From positions 1,504,001-1,568,000 of the forward strand of contig OZ255726.1 in NCBI GenBank assembly GCA_965277405.1: 64,000 nucleotides of DNA, given 5' to 3'. The stretch comes from Gammaproteobacteria bacterium (GTDB lineage: Bacteria > Pseudomonadota > Gammaproteobacteria > G965277405). The translations under genes were made by a program, and so were the position numbers. The notes beneath the pieces were generated by a model that ran no database searches, was not told the origin of the DNA, and saw only the letters and a list, made by a program, of their open reading frames with translations. Shown piece after piece: positions 52,301 through 61,300 of this stretch. Numbering within the stretch: the first letter of the stretch is position 1; each line of letters opens with the position of its first letter.

Positions 52301-55300
52301 TGAGCTGCGCACATTTGTTGACTGGTCGATAGATATTGATGGCAACAATTCAAACAGCAATATAATTCAAGGCATTAAAATTACTGCAAATGCCGCAGAG
52401 CTACAGACAATCGAAGTATCAACAGACGCAAGCAATCAGCCGTTGCAAGTTGGCGATAACATCGTGCTATTGGCAAAAATAGCCACTGAGTCAGGTTTTG
52501 ACCTGACTATAGACGCTACTACAGACCTTAGCCTTAAATTCAAAATTCAATCGTTTACCAAGGAAAATCAAGGAGAGCTTGTTAGTAAAACCGCAGCATT
52601 TGCTAGTTGGATTACAGACGATACTGTGGACGACACTTTAGACGACACGCCAGCAAAAAACATCGGCGCAAAATTTGTATATACCGTCGCAGCGGGAGAT
52701 TTATATAATCTTAGGTTTCCTATGTTGCAGCAAAACACTGCTGTTCAAGCTCTGTATACAATTGGGGCTGATTTGTCTTTTGACGTAGCGAGATTATTCA
52801 ACAAACCGATCGATTCAGGTAACGGCAACCCAATCAATACAACAGCAACAACACTTGCTAACCCCGCTTCAATATCAATAAATACTGCCCCAACAGCCAC
52901 TGGTATGCAGCTGAACTCTGCTTTTAATAGCGCGGTTGAATATGTTGATAATGCCAACGCCAATACCCTATACGTAACCCTCACATATCCAGATGACAGC
53001 ATCGATGTGGCTAAAACCAGGGCGTATAGCAACTCAGCGCTGCACGTTACAGTCAACGGCCATGACAGAACCTTCGATAGCATTCCGTCAAATACTTTCA
53101 AGGTTGGTGCCAATGATGTTGCTGAATTTACAGCGAACACTTTAAGCTATCAATACGTATTCGACATTTCAGCAGATAATAACGATTTCTCCACTGATAC
53201 ATTATTGACAGTTCAACCAGTGCGCATGGTATTCGATAATAATGGAGTGATTGAGAACAGCGACAAATATGCTGGTATGACGGAAGTATTGACCCAACAA
53301 GGTCAGGGCTTCATGCCGTTGTTTAATGACTTTACTGCTATGCCAGCCGCAGATATTTTTAGTGAAGACTATGATTTTAGAGCAGGTGTGTTTGAATTTT
53401 CTACAGATGTGCTACTTGACTATAGCGAAAATAGCGAAAATGACAGCGACAATATCCACTCTACCGCTACCGAAAACAGCGAAAATGGCAGCGACGATTT
53501 AATATACTTAGGGGAGCGAGACGTTCTCCACATTTATATAAGCACCACAACAGCTAATAACAACCTTCGTTCGTTTACCCAAGTAAGTGAAGATAATCAA
53601 GATAACCAAGATAACCAAGAACCAACAGCAGAAATCAACACTATTATGCTACGCATGGCGAGCGGCACGTTAATCGCCCGCCAAGCAACGCAATCCGTAT
53701 GCTTTGCAAACGGTATGCAGACTGCAGCAACAGCAACGTGTAACTTTATGCGCTTTGATGTCACCTTACCAAACTATGCAGACAGCTCTACCGATGCCGC
53801 TAATTGCATCAGTATCGGTTCGGCAACATGCGGCGTATCAAACGTAGCGTCGCTACTGATTCAGGATCAAGGCAATACAGAATATACCACATCGTTAGTT
53901 GTTGAGCAGCTAACACCAAGCGCTGCTAGCGCTGCTAACGCTGATTTTACCACGCGCCACGCCATCCGTAACCATATAAAAACTGGTAACGAGTATGGGG
54001 TTAGCTTAGCAGATCGTATTGTTGTAGAACCAACGCCTGCCAGAGTATCGCCAACATTTGATGTAGATACCGTAGCGGAATTTAAGGTTAGCTGGCAAGA
54101 TGTAGCACACGCAAGTAAGTACATACTAACGTATAATGTCAGTGGCGACAGTGATGCAACAACAGATATTATTGCTTTTAATTCAGATTCGGAAAATAAC
54201 GATATAACCTTCGCTGGCATTGCTGGTAAAATGTATATTATTAGCATTACAGCAGTCAATGCAGCAGGCAAATATCTGCCACCACTTCCCAATTATCGCA
54301 CATTAACACAGTATGCCTCGTTACCAACAATAGCCGATGTATCAATCGACGTGCTTACCAAAGCAGGAGAGACTAAAACCGTAGCAGCCGATAACAAATA
54401 TCAGCTAGTGGCAGGTGAAAAAATTCAATTTACATTTCAGCTAAACATAGACATCAGCGGTGACCCAAGCACTCGGCAGGAATTTAATACCAATATCGGC
54501 GGCAAGCGCTTTGCCATACAGTTTTATTTTGGCGATAAACTGCGCAGTTTATCCAATCTAGCGATTGCAGAAGCTACAGATCACAAAAAACTGTATTTTC
54601 AATATACGGTGCAACAAGACGATGTTGCTGAATATGTGACTTTAGCCAATCCAGTGGCAATTAGTTTGCTTGATAGCGGCTTTCCGCTGCAAAATATCAA
54701 AGGTACAAATATTATAAATTACACAATACCACTCGATGATGCAGATACAGCGCAACTAGGCAGACTCAATGTTGCCAATACATCCCCAACAGTTATCGCG
54801 ATACAAACCAGTGAAAACGTCGCGTATAGCACCGAAGCCAACGCCAATGGCTTGATTGATATCTGGGTGTATTTTAACAAAGCAATTAGCTACGCTAGCC
54901 CAAATAATAATGCCGCGCCATCGATTACCTTTACTGCCGATATAGAAGGAGAAGATAATACAGCGCAAGACTTGCAGGCAAGGTATCAAAGCATCAGCGG
55001 CAATACTGCGTTATTTAGAATTGACCTTGCCGCAGCTGATAATGACAAAAATTGGTCGTCAAATGAATTGCGCCTCACAGCCAACGAAATTGCTAACCAT
55101 AATTCCCTCCAAAACGCAGATAAAACCCAGAGTATCAACCCAGATATAGCATTATTCAAAAAAGACTTCATAGTAACGCTGCAACATGTACAACAAGATG
55201 CAGAGTCTGCAAGTGATGTTGTTATTACTCAAACATCATCACGTGCAGGGATTTTTGGTGTTGGGGAATTGCTCACGTTTACAGTCGCAACGAAAACACC

Positions 55301-58300
55301 AGTCATGGTATGGGCAGGTGAACTGTTGCTCCACGCCACCTTTAATAACGCAGCTAATAACGCAGCTAATAACGCAGCTAATAACGCAGCTAGCACTGAT
55401 GGCACGCGGCGTATTCCATATTTGTATTCAACACATGCTGGCACACAACATGTATTTGGCTATAGAACCAAAACCGCAGATATAGGTACCAGCAGTATTG
55501 ATATTAACCGCGTTCAATCGTATGTAATGGGGAGGTATAGCGGCACAGGCGATATTTTTGTAACGCAGTCAACGGCACAGTCGCCAATTCAAACAACTGG
55601 TGCCAACGCAGCTGTTGCCTTTGCTAAAACTATAAACAAGAACTTTGTGATTCAGATAGTTGCCACAGCTGGCGATAGTAATAGCAGCGCCTACAAACTC
55701 ATCAGTGCCATAAAATTTGATGGCTCTAGTGTTACAACATGTGGTGGCACAGCACCTATTTGCGCCATCACTGATACCGCCAACAACGGCAAATATCAAA
55801 CGGTTACAGTTAATGACAATGACAATGACAATGGCAGTGACAATGTTGATGCCACGGTTAGCACGAGTAATGGAGCTTATGTGTTTGCAGGTAGCGCATT
55901 AAAGGCAGAAAACACTATAAATGTAGCAGCAAAGCCCAAACTAACCATTGTTGCCGTGCTCAGCAATGTTACATTTGCCAACACAGAGCATCCTCCAACC
56001 CACACCGTATTCAAAAACCCGCTGCTATCATTTATAGGTATTGGCGAACTGGGAACAGAATACACTATTGCGCTTGATGTCCAAAAAGACCGCTCGCATG
56101 GTCTGGGGCTATACTGCGGTGGCGGCTGTTATATATCTTACAGATTATCAACATTGCAACAAGATTCGTTGGCAGGGGATGACAAAAACATCTTGGTTAT
56201 CGAACACTATAGCGGCGCAGCTGATCAAACTCGTTTTCAAGCACAAGATATTAGTATCAGTCTCAATGGAGATAGCCTAACCATTGTCCAAGATAGCCAA
56301 CACGCCAACTCTAATATTGCCATCAGTAATTTCGCAACATATATCGGCGGGCGAGCAATATTTAGTAGTAGTCCGCTGACGGCAGTCAAGCCAGCGATTG
56401 ATGACACACTCAACACGATTGCGTTAGGTAGCTTTCATTTATATGACTTCAGCGTATTTACTGCAGCAATGGGTAGTTTATTGCCGTGTTATATCGATGT
56501 ATTGGGGCGCAAATACGCAAGCGTGGCAAAATGGCAATCCACGCTTGTCGATCAATCAGTTTGCAATGTCAGGCAAAGTATTGCGGCAGGTGTTGCTGCA
56601 GCAAACCTCGTGCTATGGCTGGATCCGGACCCCACATACTTGGATTTTAGCAGCGACGGCAGGGTAGATACCTGGCTGGATAGATCAGGAAGAAACCACC
56701 ATGCCAGCGTTGACATTGTTCGTACCCGCAACATGCGCTCTATTGCCGCTAAGTTCTCAAATGGACAATCCCTGCTAATTACAGACGCATCAAGCGCAAC
56801 TGGCAGCGCTAACAGGGAATATTTCGAAAATGCGTTGACCAATGACCAACGCAGCACAATAAATTTTGCAACAGCAAACCGTGCTGCTGGTGAGACAATT
56901 TATACAGCTGCAAATTACTTTCAGCAAGACGTGCACCGCTATTATCATGGCGTGTTTAGCGAGGATGACTTTAGCGAAGATAGCCAACAACTCACCGCAT
57001 TTGCGGTATTTATCACCCCAACCAGCAACAGCAAGCCGCAGCCGCGCAGCTTGTTTTTACTCGATAACGAACCTGATGACAGCGCATATAGAGCATTAAC
57101 TCCTAATAGTTTTGAAGTATTTCGCTTTGGTTCAAACTACCCACAACAAATTCTTGGAACCTTTGATGCCAACACCATCATTGGCTATCCACATGGTTTA
57201 TATGCAGGTAAAACCGTGCCAGTACCGCTGATGCGTACTTTGGCTACTAAATATTATGCAACTGAGAATAGCGACCCATTCAGCACCTATTCAACGGAAA
57301 AACCACGGCTGATTGCCAAAGAATATAGCTGGCAGCAGTATGCAACTTCGCAAATAACAACGCTTGCCGTGCGGGTAAATCTTGCCAACAGCCCCGCCAA
57401 TAGCTATCAATATTCGATAAATGGCTCAGACTTTATTACAGATTTTGATAGCGCTGCGCGTGCTACATCGTTCAATGGCTACGCGCTGGGTTTATTGCAA
57501 GATGCCCAAGGTGCCGTGTTTGATAACTCATACGACACCGGCATCGCCTGGGGCGATGTGCTGGTCTACGACACAGCATTATCAAATACCCAGCTGCGCC
57601 AGGTCTTCCAATATTTGCAATTAAAATATGCAAGCCATTTTACCCAATCGGTTTTTGCCAGCAATTTACCCAATATTTTAACCAGTGAAGGACTGCTTAT
57701 TTATGCTACAGCAAACACAGAATTTCTTAACAAGTACAAAAACAACACCGCAATCGGGCGCGATGATCAACAAGGATTTTATAAAGTTTGGGGACAGGCT
57801 AATGAAAACTGGAGTCTCGACCAAGATCATTTTCGTGGCTATACCGAAGGTTTTTCCGCAGGTGGCGTCCCTGGTAAATTATGGGTGAACTCGCTGACCG
57901 GCTCAGACAGCCGCAGCAATCAATATGGCGACTACCGCAAGCCAGACTCATTGTTTGTCACCATTGCCGATACCAGCCAACTCGATAATCGTGAGTTTTT
58001 AACGTGGAGCTATAAAGACAGCTCGTATAACTTCCCAACTTCAAAATATATCGGAGTGGAAGGCAACTATGACGTTGAGCGCATCCAGCGGATATATAAA
58101 TTCGCTGAAATTGGCGAAGTTGGTCTCATTAGTCTCAAATATATCAACGGGATTAACTCGCGTGGTTTTTCCAAAAATGTACGGATTATTATCGCCGCAA
58201 ATGAAGCGTTTACGCAAAACGTCCGTAAGCAGGATTTACGCGCCATCCAAACGTCAACAAGTAATTCTCGTCATGTATACGGAACAGCAGCACCAATACA

Positions 58301-61300
58301 AATCAATAATGGAGAATTTGTTGCGGTTGAATTTTTAACGCCGAGCAAGCAGCTCAACTATGCCGAGAATATTTGGTTTTCATTTTCACCAGATAAAGTT
58401 GAATATAATCAACAGCTAGAGTTGTTAGATGCAACAGTAAGATCGTTCCAAAACATTCCAAACCTCAGCGTTATCGCTTGCCCATCCTGCGTACTTTCGT
58501 CACGGCCTGCTGGCAACAAACAAGGACTACATGCCCCAACAGCAGCTGCAAATGGCTTTACGTATACAGATGCTAACTTGGGAGAATCAGCAACACAGGT
58601 TGCTGAAAAAAACCTATTGATTGCGTTTGGCATCGGCAGCAATGGCTGTACTCCACAGGCGGTAACCCACCTATACCAAGAAACAAACCCAGCCGCATCA
58701 ACAGTCGATATAGCCGTTATCTGCGCCGCTAGCCAAGCAAGCAACCCACAACTATCAATCACCCTCACAGCCGCAGGATTTGGTTTTAGCGATTTTAGCC
58801 AAGGGGTTGGCGGTGATAATCAAAATTTGAGTCAAAATTCCAGCGCAAATACCCATACATTTACCGTCGATATTTCCGCAGATTCAGACCACTTACTTGG
58901 GTTAGTGTTAGAGCCGAATTCCCGATATCTGCTTACTATTGATGACCAAATATTGGTAGACAGCACCAGCACATGGGGGACTGGGGTATTTAAACCTTGG
59001 AGTCCAGCGACAAATCAAACACATGGATTAAACCATGCCCCAGCTCAAACCAACCAGCAAGCACTAGCTATTTGGCTATATGAACTGCGCGTTATTTACG
59101 CCAGCCCATACACCAATGCCACCAGCGAGTTTGCCCGCCATTTGAACGCGATGGCTATTGAGCATGGTTTTCCAGTGCCCAAGTCTATTGCCTTTGCATA
59201 CGAGAATTTTTCTTGGAATAGAGCGCATGACTTGTTTGCCAACAACCCAGTTTTCCTTGCTAATACAGGTAAATACCAAGGAAAATCTACCACGATAGCC
59301 AGCGATGCAGATATCAGTTTTAGTGTTGATGAAAGTCTGTTTCAAGGCAAGCAGCAGCAGTTTTTGATATACGCAGATAATGGTAATTCTTTTACACAAG
59401 CGGCTAATATAGCGGATAATTTTACCCCGCAAGCAATCGCCAACATTAGCGCTGTCAGCAACAAAGGCTGGCGGTTTTTTAGCAACGTCTCATTGGGCAC
59501 TACCACCGTTACCATGCCAAGCCCATCAGACAGTCATAGCAATTCATATGTATTGGTGCTCGATGCCAATAACAATGGGGTAGATGCTGCCGATAGGCGT
59601 ATCCCGCTATCATCAACGCATGCAACAGCAACGAATACTCCACATAAACTGTTTGGACAGCTCCCCATTAGCGCGGGCAGGAGCAGCGTCTATGTTGCGA
59701 TAATCAACCCAGCAATATATACATCAGCCCAAGCTCTGCTGGTTACGCCAGGGTCATATACCACAGGTAGCAAGATTGAAGCTACACTGACATTAGCCAA
59801 ACCTGTAGACATTAGCTATGATGCTACAGTCACAAACGCTAGCCCTGCGACGCTTGACTTTATTTTCTCAAATGCAGGCGGCGACAATCCACAGCCGCAA
59901 CAAGCGACGTTGAACTATCCTCTCGCAGCTAGCACAGAGTTGGTATTTAGCTATACCGTACTAGCGGGTGATAGCAATGCCAACGGTGCAGTGCTGTTGC
60001 CAGCTAACCCCGCGATCAACTGGGGAACAGGTTTAGTTATTACCAAGCCGAGCACTACTGCTGGAGTAACAGTGCTACCATCTTTGGCTGGGATAACATT
60101 TACTGGCACACGGGTGTATGTTAATACAAGCCCACCACAACCTGTGGCGGTGCATGTTGAAAACAACCAAATATGGTACGGACTCGATGCAAAAATTGCT
60201 ATTGGCGTACTATTTGACAAATATGTAACAATAGCTACTACAGCTGCTACAGCTAACAACCCAGCAATAGCCTTGACTATCGACAAAAAAGACGGCACAA
60301 CTACAACTGTTCAAGCAATAGCCACTAGAGCAGATGATAAAAAAATAATTTTTGAGTATGTTGTCGAGACAGGGCTATTTGATAGCGACGGCATAACCTT
60401 GCAACAACAACAAACAGAAGAAGTAACGATCAGCAACTTTGCCAACATCACCACGTATGGCCTAGCAGCGACAACTGGCAATATCACAGCACTGGCAAGT
60501 GGTATCGGCAGACAAATAAAAGTTGATAGCCAAGCGCCAATATTGACATCCGCAAGGTTTGATGTAGCAGATTACACCCTCACTATTGGCGACACCTTAG
60601 CTGTTGCTCTTGAATTTTCAGAGGAGGTTGCCCTGACCAACGCTGGTATTAAACTAAGACTACCAAATATAGACGGCAGTCGCGCCCTATCCTTAACCGC
60701 TATCAGCGCCCGCGATACATTAGCAAGCACGCATAGATTTATGCTTGCCGTTACCGATAGTAATTTTATTTTTCCATCACCGCCACAGCTGCAAGTTGTC
60801 AACGCCACTGCAATCCACGATATTGCTGGCAATCAACTCGCTGCACATACAGCCAAAACCATTGCAGGAACAGCAGTTGGCTTTGAAAACACCACCAAAG
60901 CAACCATTATCCAAGCACAGGTGCTAGCCCCACCATTTGCAGATGGCCACTATGTGCTGGCACTCACGTATAACCGCGCAGTGCATGTCCAACCAAATGC
61001 AGTATTATCAGTAGCGCTCAATATTGGTGTGAATAATGCAGGCGCAACACCAGCAACACGCTCCATGGCGGCACTTGTTAATCACCACACGCTCGAATTT
61101 AACCTCGGCAGCAACGTCACCGCGTTATCAGCTAACGACACCCAGTTGAGCATTATTAGCAGCAACCCTTGCCAAGCTACCGCCGCCACCACAACCGCTG
61201 CAGCTGTCGCCACAACCACCGCCTGTATTGTCGATAGCGCCAAGCAAGCCGCGGACTATTCGTTTGCAGCCTTTGCCAGCAATATTGCTTTGGACAAAAT

